A stretch of DNA of 64,000 nt from a virus (Duplodnaviria > Caudoviricetes): IMG/VR virus record IMGVR_UViG_3300030059_001404, positions 2,826-66,825 of that record; one strand, written 5' to 3'. This document shows, piece after piece, positions 45,386 to 54,501 of the stretch; the stretch's first letter is position 1, and every line of letters begins with the position of its first letter. The translations under genes and the position numbers were made by a program. Under the pieces are notes generated by a model, which worked only from the letters and a program-made list of their open reading frames with translations, searched no databases and was not told the origin of the DNA.

Positions 45386-46495
45386 TTATTTTATACTTCT
45401 TATTTTGAGTCCTCTACCTGAATCAGTATTTCCTACGTTTCTTATCTTCAATCCATCTTTTTGAAAAGATTGAGGAGCTGGCCTAACATCCATGTTTATG
45501 TTCTTAGATTTCTTAGTAACATTATCCACAGCTGCTGCTACGCCTTGTTCGTAAAAAAATTTAGCAAATTTGTCAGGGTTCATTGCAACAGAAAGAGACT
45601 TGTGGTATCCTTCCGTATTTTCTATCAAGCCTTTGTCATCCATAAAAGTGTTAAGCCATGTGTTAACGTCTTTCTGTTTGTTTTTCAATTCTTGAGCTGT
45701 CCCTGGTTTATAAGACATATCTTTTTCACCGATATCAAATTTAAAACCTTTAAATTCATCGTTAAAAACTTTTTCAGTTTTATCTAAGAAATAGTCATAT
45801 CTTTTTTCATTTGCTTCTTCAACAGTTTTAGATTCTTCTATGTAACTTTTATAAGCAGTAAGACTTTTTTCTTGTTCATCAGACAACCCACCCCCACTTG
45901 ACTCAAGAGGAGCTTTATATTTATCTTTTTGTTCACTAAAAAACTTCTTTGCTTTCGCAAGTTCTCGTTTTTTTGCTAGCTTAACTTTCTTCACATCTTT
46001 AACATCATCTAAATCTTCATCATAAGAAAATTTATCTTCAATTAAATCTTGAATATCTATAGCGTCTAACCCATCTTCGGTTACGTTATAATAGTCAGCC
46101 AACAATTGGTCACCGTCCATGGATTCGTAGTCTTTTTGTAATTTATAAAAGTCTTCAATTCCACGTCCTGTTTCCTTCTTGTACTTAAAATATGCCGCCA
46201 CATCATCAGGTAAATCGTCATTGTCTTTTGTTTGCGCAAACAATTCATCTACTGACGAGATGTCTTTATCATATCTATTTTTAATATATTTAAGAACGTC
46301 TTTGTCATTTATTTCTGACTCTGAACTTTCTTCCGCCTTCGTTTCTTTTTCAGACGTAATTTCTTCTTTTGTGTCAGAGGCTTCTTTTACAGAAGTTCCC
46401 TGTAATTTGTCTTCATGATCCTTTAACAGCTTTTCTTCTACTTCGATTGCTGATTTTGGCTCTTCGAATTTTACTTCTTTTACTTTAATATCCAT
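45386..46495 (-). CDS. Putative scaffolding protein
   Basis: Acidic, helical, between portal and capsid genes. Confidence 0.6.
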   Translation of the reverse strand: MDIKVKEVKFEEPKSAIEVEEKLLKDHEDKLQGTSVKEASDTKEEITSEKETKAEESSESEINDKDVLKYIKNRYDKDISSVDELFAQTKDNDDLPDDVAAYFKYKKETGRGIEDFYKLQKDYESMDGDQLLADYYNVTEDGLDAIDIQDLIEDKFSYDEDLDDVKDVKKVKLAKKRELAKAKKFFSEQKDKYKAPLESSGGGLSDEQEKSLTAYKSYIEESKTVEEANEKRYDYFLDKTEKVFNDEFKGFKFDIGEKDMSYKPGTAQELKNKQKDVNTWLNTFMDDKGLIENTEGYHKSLSVAMNPDKFAKFFYEQGVAAAVDNVTKKSKNINMDVRPAPQSFQKDGLKIRNVGNTDSGRGLKIRSIK

Positions 46496-46535
46496 TTGAT
46501 TTAATTTTTGTAAAGTTAATACTTATTTATTTAAT

Positions 46536-48971
46536 TTATCTTGGGTCAAATTCTGCTAAGTCAAAACCATCTAAACTATCTTCGTTAGATTCAAAATTTA
46601 TAGAAGGAGTGTTTCGCTTTCTTTGCTCAATCATTCTTGATTGATTACTAGACTGTTGATTAATTCTTTTGTCTTTAGAAGCTTCTTTACTTTTTTCTCT
46701 AGCGTCTAATTGACTTTGCTCAATACCTTTTAATTGCATTTGATATCCAAACTCTTCAGCCATTAACATTTTTTTCAATTCAGCTTCGTTTTTTTGTTTT
46801 TCTATTTCAAAACCTATCTCAGCTTGTTTTAATTGCATCTTACCTTGAAGCTCTGCTTGAGCTTGTTGCATAGCTGCTTGAGCCGCTGATTGTTGTTGCT
46901 CCATTTGCATTTGAGCTTGCATCTGTTGTTCTTGTTGTTTTTGCTGTTGCTCTGATGCTTGTTTAGCTTTTCTTTTTACTTTTAGTAATTGATTAGCCAT
47001 CTTTAAATTATTTATCTCTCTAATATCTATAGCATCTTCTAAACTAATATTTTCTTTAGACAAAGCCATTTGAATGTTTTGTTCTAACATTGCTTTTTGT
47101 TCTTCGTCAGGAGACATTTCTATAAATATACCAAAGTCATGGAGGTATAAGTTTTTAATTTCTTCTATAATAGACACATTGTATTTTCCTATCTGCATAG
47201 CAAACTCATCTTTAAAATCAGAATATTCTAATATATCAGCTGTTCTTATTGAAAGAGCTTCAGCTAAAGTTTTAGTTATATATAAACTTGATTGTAAAAT
47301 ATGTCTTGTTGCAGTATTAGAATTTAATGCTGCTAACTTTTGAACTCCTACTAAAGAATTTGGGTCTGGCATACTACCATCTCTTGCTTCGTTTAATCCA
47401 GTAACTTGCCTAATCATATCTAAATAATGATTATAGTTTCCAATAAGCATTTGCATTTTATTAGCTCCACTATTAGAAGTTAATTGAGTAATAGGAATTT
47501 TCGCATTATTAAATTCACCGTCACCTGTGTAACTTCTACCAACAACACTACCTGTTTGAAAATAAAGTCTTAATGCATCTTCTGGATTATATGCTGCTCC
47601 AGTTCCTAAATCTACTTCATTTAATCCATCGGCATCTATAAAGACACCGTCAGGTACAACTCTAGAAACTACTTGTTGTATTTTTAAATGAGTCATTTGA
47701 ATTAAATCAGCAAAAGGTATCATTCTTCTAACTAAAGACTCTATGCTTCCTTTGTACATTCTAGGCGCACATGCTACATAATTTGGTAAAGCATATTGAT
47801 TTGCAGAATTTGGTCTAACCATATTCTCCATCATTTTCCATTGTAATATAATGTCTGTTCCCATTACCATTACACCTTCATACCATACGTCAATTCTTTT
47901 TTCTACTCTTTCAAAATTACCCTCTTCCATCATTTCAGGTGGAGGATTAAATTGATCGTCTTTTTCTACTGTTTTAAAAGTTCCTTCAGCTGTTTCTTTT
48001 TTCTTGTAAACAAAAGTATTTGTAGTTTTATAATTAAAATACAACAAAGTACATGTGTCTCTAGCAAACATACTGTTTTGATACATTTGAGCTACGTTAA
48101 AATAATCATACCATGACTGACTGTATTTAGAAATTTCCTCCAGTTGGTCATTGGTAATAGAAGGGTCTATTTTTATAAGCTCTGTAATTGCTACAGTTTT
48201 AATTTCACCCCAATAAAAACAATCTTTAAAGTAAGGATCTTCTGTATAACTGTAAACTATATTTGCAGGATCAACATAATCAATTTTAACTCCTTGTCCT
48301 AATTGAAATTGATGTCTTGTCATTCCAATACCTAAAACCATTAAATCTAAATCAACTCTTTTTCTAGTATCATCGTAATGGTTCTCAGCTAATAAAGTAT
48401 TAATAGCTTCTTCTTCAGCAATTTCAATAGCTGGTTTAAACTTCATATTCATGTATAGCTCTAACTCCTGGTCATCAGTAGGTAAAGTTTCTTCAGGAAC
48501 TGTAAAAACATCAACTCCAAAATCTTTAGAAATTTGACTTAATAAAGGCTTGGCAATCATTTGCCCTTCCACCATGTTTTGGAACTTGTTTCTTTTTTCA
48601 GCTGACATTGCGTCTTCAGCATAAACTTTTACTTTAAACAATCTGTCCGACATTCCGTTTACAACGATGTCAACAAACTTTGGGATAACTGATATAGGAG
48701 ACCAGTCTAAGTTTAGATAACTTAAGTCTCCATCAATTGCTAATTCGTTTTTATATTTAGCTGTAGATTGCTCTCCTCTAGCATATAATCTAAGCCTATT
48801 AAATTGTGTCCACTGATTGTAGAACCTATTAGTTCCACCATCTTTTCTAAACCATTCGTATTGAATAGCTTGGCCAACTTGTAATCCGAATTCTAATCTT
48901 TTTTTATCCGAGTCCGAAGCAAATTGGTCTGGAAATACAGCTGACTTTATATTTATAGTTACTTCTTTCAT
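46536..48971 (-). CDS. Portal protein
   Basis: 811 aa directly after TerL; LNLDWSPISVIPKFVDIVVNG; Q-rich C-terminal coiled coil. Confidence 0.8.
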   Translation of the reverse strand: MKEVTINIKSAVFPDQFASDSDKKRLEFGLQVGQAIQYEWFRKDGGTNRFYNQWTQFNRLRLYARGEQSTAKYKNELAIDGDLSYLNLDWSPISVIPKFVDIVVNGMSDRLFKVKVYAEDAMSAEKRNKFQNMVEGQMIAKPLLSQISKDFGVDVFTVPEETLPTDDQELELYMNMKFKPAIEIAEEEAINTLLAENHYDDTRKRVDLDLMVLGIGMTRHQFQLGQGVKIDYVDPANIVYSYTEDPYFKDCFYWGEIKTVAITELIKIDPSITNDQLEEISKYSQSWYDYFNVAQMYQNSMFARDTCTLLYFNYKTTNTFVYKKKETAEGTFKTVEKDDQFNPPPEMMEEGNFERVEKRIDVWYEGVMVMGTDIILQWKMMENMVRPNSANQYALPNYVACAPRMYKGSIESLVRRMIPFADLIQMTHLKIQQVVSRVVPDGVFIDADGLNEVDLGTGAAYNPEDALRLYFQTGSVVGRSYTGDGEFNNAKIPITQLTSNSGANKMQMLIGNYNHYLDMIRQVTGLNEARDGSMPDPNSLVGVQKLAALNSNTATRHILQSSLYITKTLAEALSIRTADILEYSDFKDEFAMQIGKYNVSIIEEIKNLYLHDFGIFIEMSPDEEQKAMLEQNIQMALSKENISLEDAIDIREINNLKMANQLLKVKRKAKQASEQQQKQQEQQMQAQMQMEQQQSAAQAAMQQAQAELQGKMQLKQAEIGFEIEKQKNEAELKKMLMAEEFGYQMQLKGIEQSQLDAREKSKEASKDKRINQQSSNQSRMIEQRKRNTPSINFESNEDSLDGFDLAEFDPR

Positions 48972-51212
48972 TTATTTCAATAATTGACTGGATGTGTTGC
49001 TGTTATTATATCTTGCAAAGTTAATGCTTATTTTTGATTTTTCTTTAGTCGGAGTATACAAGTGCTTCTGGTTGGCCATTATAGCAAGACCAGAACTAAT
49101 AGATGCATCATGTTTAGTTCTGTTACTAATATCAAATTTTGCCCAATCTTCTAATGTTCTTTGAAAATAACATTCTCCCATATCTTCTTTTTCTCTATAC
49201 TCTCCACTTAAATCTAAGCCTACATGTTTTTCAATATACGATTCAATAGCTGAAGCGTGTGATTGTTTTATGTCTTCTGAAGAATTAGGAATCCCTCCTA
49301 ACTCTCTTTCTGTTTTAGATAATTTACTAAAAGCCTTATCTACTCTATTCATACAAAATCCTCTATACCCTCTATTTTTAAAATGATATAATAAACGTGG
49401 TTTATTGTTTTCACATAAAATAGGCATTCCATAAAATATACAAGCCATTAAAATTTCCTCAAAAAATATCTCTGCTGTTTGAGGCCTAGCTATATATTCT
49501 AAAAAGAAATGATTTGCTGGACATTTTTCCATACTAAACTTAGTCATACCATGCAAAGAACCGTTTGATCCTTTACCGACTACAACTCCAGAGATGTCAT
49601 ATGAGTCACATCCAAATGAACCTAAATGTTCATTACCTGGATACTTCTTGCCATGCTTGCTAACTACTTGATTTTGCAATTCTTTTCTTGGTGTCCAAGT
49701 TACAAAAAATCTTCCATTTCTATTGGGACTCCAAATAACCTCAGAATCTTTTATGCCATCTTTCCAATGAAACGATCCCCTAGTAACAAAATGTTCTTTA
49801 ATTAAAGAATCATTATAATCTATTTGTTGATATATCTTAGTTAAGTTAAATAAAGATTGTTTAGATTCGTCTCTAAAAGCATGTGAATGAGTTCTAGGAA
49901 ACTGTCTGTAAAATTCATTTAATGCATCTGGATCATTAGATAAAGACTCTACTTCATTTCTCCAATAGTCTATAGCTCCTATTTTAATCCACTCATTATC
50001 AATACCCATAATAGGGTTATCTGGAGTTGTTAAAACAGGCATTCCAAATTTATCTATATAACCTTCAAAGTTCCATTCCATAGGAACAAATAAATTATAC
50101 AACCCTGATTTAGTTTGTCCGTTTTGATTTCGTTTAGAACAATCAGAATCTTCAAATAACTTTTTAAAATTAGAACCTCCTTTGTCTAATGCGTTTGAAG
50201 TAGAACCCATCATACATTTACCAATAATTTTACTACCTAAACGTAAACAAGTTTTGGTTACACGCCAATTGTTTAATATATTCTCAGGCCTTTCCCACTT
50301 ACCGCTTTCATCATGTAATAAGTATTGTAATTTCTCTCCATCGTAAGCATTGTCTCCAGTGTTTTTCCAATCAATAGTTGTGTCTAATCCCTCAAGCTCT
50401 TCATCCCCAGTATCATACATATTCTTTTTAGTAATCTTTGATGCTGGTACACGATAAGCTAATTCTGTTTTTGGTTTATCCATACCATCTTGGATAGGCT
50501 TAAAAAAGAAAGGGTAATTATTTGATATAGGAACAACTTTGTCTGTAAACATTTTTTTTGCATCAGCTCCTGTTTTAGATAATATTCCTATTCTTGCGTC
50601 TTTAGTTATAGTAGCTTGGTTTACTCCTTCGCAAGAACTCATAAATGAAAATCCAGAACGTCTTATTTTTAAATAACACATTCCAAAACTTCTGTAGTCC
50701 GCTTTACAAGCTTCCCAGAATATATAAAAGATTCTATTAGCTTCTCTAAAATCTGGATTACCAACATCTATTTTAGTCCACTGAAGATACATATAATGTG
50801 TTCCAGTAATATAAGTTGATTTACCATTATTTAAAAACCAAGTTCCTTGTTCTCGTTTGTCAAACTCAGATTCAATATAGTCTATCCACTTTGCTTTAAA
50901 CTGAGGAGGGGTTTGATGCCAATGAAATATAGATTGAATTTTTTTTAATTCTTTTTTTATTAACGCTGGCTTCCAATATTGATTTTCTTTTTTTTCGTCA
51001 GATTTTAATTTAGGTGTTGCAGGAAGTGCTACTATTAAACTATTTATATTATATATATCTCCTATAGTACCGTCTTTAGATATAACAACTATTTTGTATT
51101 TTTCATTATAACCATATTTCCAAGTTCTTGCTTTGTTTTTAGTAGCAATAACTGAGTTAGGAATTAATTTAGTAATTAATTTATATAGTCTATTTTGATC
51201 TTGATTCTGCAA
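48972..51212 (-). CDS. terL: Terminase large subunit
   Basis: LKIRRSGFS (Walker A-like), LLHDESGK (Walker B), MMGSTSN, and nuclease motif FGCDSYD. Confidence 0.9.
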   Translation of the reverse strand: MQNQDQNRLYKLITKLIPNSVIATKNKARTWKYGYNEKYKIVVISKDGTIGDIYNINSLIVALPATPKLKSDEKKENQYWKPALIKKELKKIQSIFHWHQTPPQFKAKWIDYIESEFDKREQGTWFLNNGKSTYITGTHYMYLQWTKIDVGNPDFREANRIFYIFWEACKADYRSFGMCYLKIRRSGFSFMSSCEGVNQATITKDARIGILSKTGADAKKMFTDKVVPISNNYPFFFKPIQDGMDKPKTELAYRVPASKITKKNMYDTGDEELEGLDTTIDWKNTGDNAYDGEKLQYLLHDESGKWERPENILNNWRVTKTCLRLGSKIIGKCMMGSTSNALDKGGSNFKKLFEDSDCSKRNQNGQTKSGLYNLFVPMEWNFEGYIDKFGMPVLTTPDNPIMGIDNEWIKIGAIDYWRNEVESLSNDPDALNEFYRQFPRTHSHAFRDESKQSLFNLTKIYQQIDYNDSLIKEHFVTRGSFHWKDGIKDSEVIWSPNRNGRFFVTWTPRKELQNQVVSKHGKKYPGNEHLGSFGCDSYDISGVVVGKGSNGSLHGMTKFSMEKCPANHFFLEYIARPQTAEIFFEEILMACIFYGMPILCENNKPRLLYHFKNRGYRGFCMNRVDKAFSKLSKTERELGGIPNSSEDIKQSHASAIESYIEKHVGLDLSGEYREKEDMGECYFQRTLEDWAKFDISNRTKHDASISSGLAIMANQKHLYTPTKEKSKISINFARYNNSNTSSQLLK

Positions 51213-51465
51213 ATCCTTGTGGAGTATTAGTTGTTTTTATATCTATACCATCTAATAAAGCTCTTTCTTCTTCAATTCTTTTTAATATTTCAAACGCATC
51301 AAATATAGCAAGCTTTTTTGTAGCTGCTGCATTTTTTAATCTGTCTGCTGCTAATTCATCTTCTGAATTAAATTTTATAATATCTTCTTTAGCAACTTTA
51401 ATTAACTGAACAACAGCTTGTTCTCCTGCACTAATAATTTGCAACTTAATACTTTTAATATCCAT
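51190..51465 (-). CDS. Small helical protein, possible terminase small subunit
   Basis: Overlaps the TerL start; position only. Confidence 0.4.
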   Translation of the reverse strand: MDIKSIKLQIISAGEQAVVQLIKVAKEDIIKFNSEDELAADRLKNAAATKKLAIFDAFEILKRIEEERALLDGIDIKTTNTPQGFAESRSK

Positions 51466-52027
51466 TTAGTTTAAGAGTTATATTATTAGTAAACATTCTG
51501 TATAATACTTCGCCATCTACATTAAACTCATATTCTGTTTCTGGTTGATATGATATTTCATCACCAACTTTTAAACCTAGCTTATCTAATTGAGAATTAG
51601 AATATTTAAGAGTACCCATTAAAGGCTCTATAATTCCTGATTTTTTTATAAAACTATCTTTAGCACTTGCAGGTTTTACAAAACAATATTTGTGATAACC
51701 TTTCCATACGTCATTTCTTTTAAATAAAAAAAACTGGTCTGGATCAATAAAAAACAAATCGTCTTTAAAAAAACTTTTCCCACTTTTTCTTCTGCCATAC
51801 ATGTCATTATAAAACTTAAACACATTATGATGTACCAATAAAGTGTCTCCTACTTTAACCTCTCCTGTATAGTCTATAGGAACTTCTATAACTTTAGCAT
51901 ATCTATTAGAAACCGTATGGTCTTCCTCTGACGTACTTGTTATAAAATCTATGTTACCGATTTTTTTTGTATTACTGTATCTCCTATTGTCTATAGGTTT
52001 TACAATAAAAGAATGTGGGGATTTCAT
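51455..52027 (-). CDS. Tandem GroES-like protein
   Basis: Two units of F.VKP...(A/G).V...VKVGD.(L/I) GroES-like pattern. Confidence 0.55.
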   Translation of the reverse strand: MKSPHSFIVKPIDNRRYSNTKKIGNIDFITSTSEEDHTVSNRYAKVIEVPIDYTGEVKVGDTLLVHHNVFKFYNDMYGRRKSGKSFFKDDLFFIDPDQFFLFKRNDVWKGYHKYCFVKPASAKDSFIKKSGIIEPLMGTLKYSNSQLDKLGLKVGDEISYQPETEYEFNVDGEVLYRMFTNNITLKLNGY

Positions 52028-52251
52028 TAAAAGTTTATATTATACTCTAACGATATTGGCAGTGTTGTTTTAAAATCTTTCCAAACTAATATTTCGGAAT
52101 TTTTTTCAACCCATATTTTATACGACTCTGACTCTGGGTCATGTTGTATAAGATGAATTTTATGTTTACCACCCAAAACTTCTTGGCCTACTATGTAATG
52201 CATAGCACCTGATTTATAATCTGCGCCAATAGAAATTTTTCTGATTACCAT
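52027..52251 (-). CDS. Hypothetical protein
   Basis: ORF track; TAATG coupling. Confidence 0.7.
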   Translation of the reverse strand: MVIRKISIGADYKSGAMHYIVGQEVLGGKHKIHLIQHDPESESYKIWVEKNSEILVWKDFKTTLPISLEYNINF

Positions 52252-52252
52252 A

Positions 52253-52777
52253 TTAGAATGATTGTAATTCTATATTTCTGTAACGAATATTAATTTTTAG
52301 TATACCTGCGCCAACTGTAGCGTTAGCTCCTTGAGCTTGTAATAATACAGAAGTGTTAATAGGTAAGGCAAGCGTTTGCTTTTGAAAATGTGCGGCAGAA
52401 TCTGCACCAGCATTCATCAAAGAAGCAGTAGGCAATTCAGCCCAAACTGAAGTTCCTTGTTTAACTTGAACGGGATCTACAAAATCATAAGCAGTAACGC
52501 CTGCATCGAGATACGCAAAAATACTAAAAATGTCATATACTCTACCTACGCCAGGCGCAGGAAGCAAAGTCTTTGGAACAGTATATAAAGCTAAAAGTTC
52601 TGCCGAACTTACTTCTATAGTTATATCATTATAACTTAATTGAAATAAGTTTTTTATTCCATTTAATGATACAGTTTTAGTAGCAAGTTTTTTATTCGCA
52701 TCTGTTATAACAACATAATCAGCTAAAGCAGGTTGAGATAAAGGAGGATATGCAGCTTTATTACTTATTCTAGACAT
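52253..52777 (-). CDS. Hypothetical structural protein
   Basis: ORF track; position and composition. Confidence 0.6.
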   Translation of the reverse strand: MSRISNKAAYPPLSQPALADYVVITDANKKLATKTVSLNGIKNLFQLSYNDITIEVSSAELLALYTVPKTLLPAPGVGRVYDIFSIFAYLDAGVTAYDFVDPVQVKQGTSVWAELPTASLMNAGADSAAHFQKQTLALPINTSVLLQAQGANATVGAGILKINIRYRNIELQSF

Positions 52778-53083
52778 TTATGCTTTTTTAAGATTATCGT
52801 TATATTCTTTTACGTCAGCCTCAGCATCTTCTAATATTTGAGCTGTTTCAGCAGCTTCTTCTTTAGTTTTTACTTCGCCTGTCATTAAATCAATAATAGA
52901 ATCTTTTCCATATACTCCAATTAATTCTTTTTCAATTGTAGCAAATTTTTCTCTTATTACATCTACGTTTTTTACTAGAGCATCTCTTTGTAATACGTGA
53001 TCTCCTAGGTCAATCTTAGCTTTGTTAAATGAGTTGTGAATGTCTTGTACTGACTTTAATTCTTCTGTAGTTAAATTTTTCAT
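52778..53083 (-). CDS. Small coiled-coil protein (possible fibre chaperone)
   Basis: ORF track; function is inference. Confidence 0.55.
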   Translation of the reverse strand: MKNLTTEELKSVQDIHNSFNKAKIDLGDHVLQRDALVKNVDVIREKFATIEKELIGVYGKDSIIDLMTGEVKTKEEAAETAQILEDAEADVKEYNDNLKKA

Positions 53084-53110
53084 TTGATTTTATTATTTTT
53101 ATTATTTTAA

Positions 53111-53118
53111 CAAAGATA
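53111..53118 (-). promoter_or_regulatory. -7 promoter element TATCTTTG
   Basis: CAAAGATA on +, intergenic. Confidence 0.6.
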
Positions 53119-53133
53119 GGAATTTTTTTTGAA

Positions 53134-53922
53134 TTACTCTATACCATTAACAGCTGATGCAGCTGGAGTATCTTCTCCCTTCAAGTTTACTTGGTTCACT
53201 TGCCATACATCAAAAGATGATGCCATAGCTGGTGTAACACCATTTATTGTATTAGCATAACTACTTATTTCATATACCAATGTTAATTTAGGCATAAACC
53301 CTCCTGAAGTAAAAAAGTATATACCGTTACGAGCATCAAGACTTGATGATGGGCTAGTTTCACTATAATCATAATTATAATTAACTAAAGCTACATTTAA
53401 TTTTTTAGGACTTGATGAATTGTTTATTTTATTTATACCAGTTGCATTTAATTGAAAGTCGTTTTCTCCTGAATTTTGTGTACCTGAATTCCAAGCGAAG
53501 ATAGTATCAGACCCTCTAATTGTATCTGAAAATTGATTTTCAAAAGCTGCTGTATCATAATCACCTGTAGTCAAAGCACTACCTCCATTTGTTCCAAAAG
53601 CTCCATTAGATTCAGTCATTACTACTGAATTTACACCAGCGTTAGAAACACCATTAACTGTAAAAGTTCCTGCACTTACTACTGCTCCAGCTGGTAAAGA
53701 ACTACAATCAAAATAAAAGAATGATCTTGAGCAATTAAAAGAAGTATTACCACCTCTATCAGTAGCTCTTCTTGCACGAACAGGTGTTGATTGAGTAACA
53801 CTTGAACTTACAGTAGTTCCTGAACTTGCATTAATTACATCATCCCAGTCTTCTGATGCGCCACCGTTTTTTACTATTGACCCTTGTCTGTTTGATGTTA
53901 CGTTTATAGTTATTTCAGCCAT
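53134..53922 (-). CDS. S/T/N/G-rich tail-associated protein
   Basis: Composition; position after the fibre genes. Confidence 0.55.
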   Translation of the reverse strand: MAEITINVTSNRQGSIVKNGGASEDWDDVINASSGTTVSSSVTQSTPVRARRATDRGGNTSFNCSRSFFYFDCSSLPAGAVVSAGTFTVNGVSNAGVNSVVMTESNGAFGTNGGSALTTGDYDTAAFENQFSDTIRGSDTIFAWNSGTQNSGENDFQLNATGINKINNSSSPKKLNVALVNYNYDYSETSPSSSLDARNGIYFFTSGGFMPKLTLVYEISSYANTINGVTPAMASSFDVWQVNQVNLKGEDTPAASAVNGIE

Positions 53923-53924
53923 TG

Positions 53925-54491
53925 TTAATATTGTTTTTTTGGTAAATAATATTCTGTATGATTGAAATACAAATTAGAGTCTGGAGTTACTGGTATAACT
54001 TCGTAACTATCAGCTTCTATTTTTAATTGATTATCTTCTGTAAGATAACTATTCCACCAAGTAGCTAGCCCATTTTTTTTCATTAAATAAGGCATTACTT
54101 GTTTTAAATGTTTTGCGTTTTCATCACCCCATGTATCGTAAAATATCCCATCATATGTTAGTAAATGATTTCTTACTTGATACCAATCTCCTAAAACAAT
54201 ATTTACCTTAGGTTTATTTTCTGCCCATGCTAAAGCTTTGTTATATATTTCTGGATGGTACTCTACAATTGTATGTGAATTAATATTATTAGCTTGTATA
54301 AAATCTGCGCTAATTCCCATTCCAAAACCTATTTCTAAAATATCTCCTCCTTTAGAACAAATATAGTCAGCATGAGCTTTCATAATTGTTTGTTCCCAAT
54401 CCATCATTATATAATGAGTTTCTTCTGTTTCTTGGTCTATATAATATATAGAATTTTCAGTAAATGTAAGATTACGATTTATAAATTCCAT
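53925..54491 (-). CDS. Class I SAM methyltransferase, GAMT/Rmt2-like
   Basis: MMDWEQTIMKAHA...KGGDILEIGFGMGI...HTIVEYHP...GDW...YDGIFYDTW closely parallels GAMT/Rmt2 motifs. Confidence 0.8.
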   Translation of the reverse strand: MEFINRNLTFTENSIYYIDQETEETHYIMMDWEQTIMKAHADYICSKGGDILEIGFGMGISADFIQANNINSHTIVEYHPEIYNKALAWAENKPKVNIVLGDWYQVRNHLLTYDGIFYDTWGDENAKHLKQVMPYLMKKNGLATWWNSYLTEDNQLKIEADSYEVIPVTPDSNLYFNHTEYYLPKKQY

Positions 54492-54501
54492 TATTTATAT
54501 T

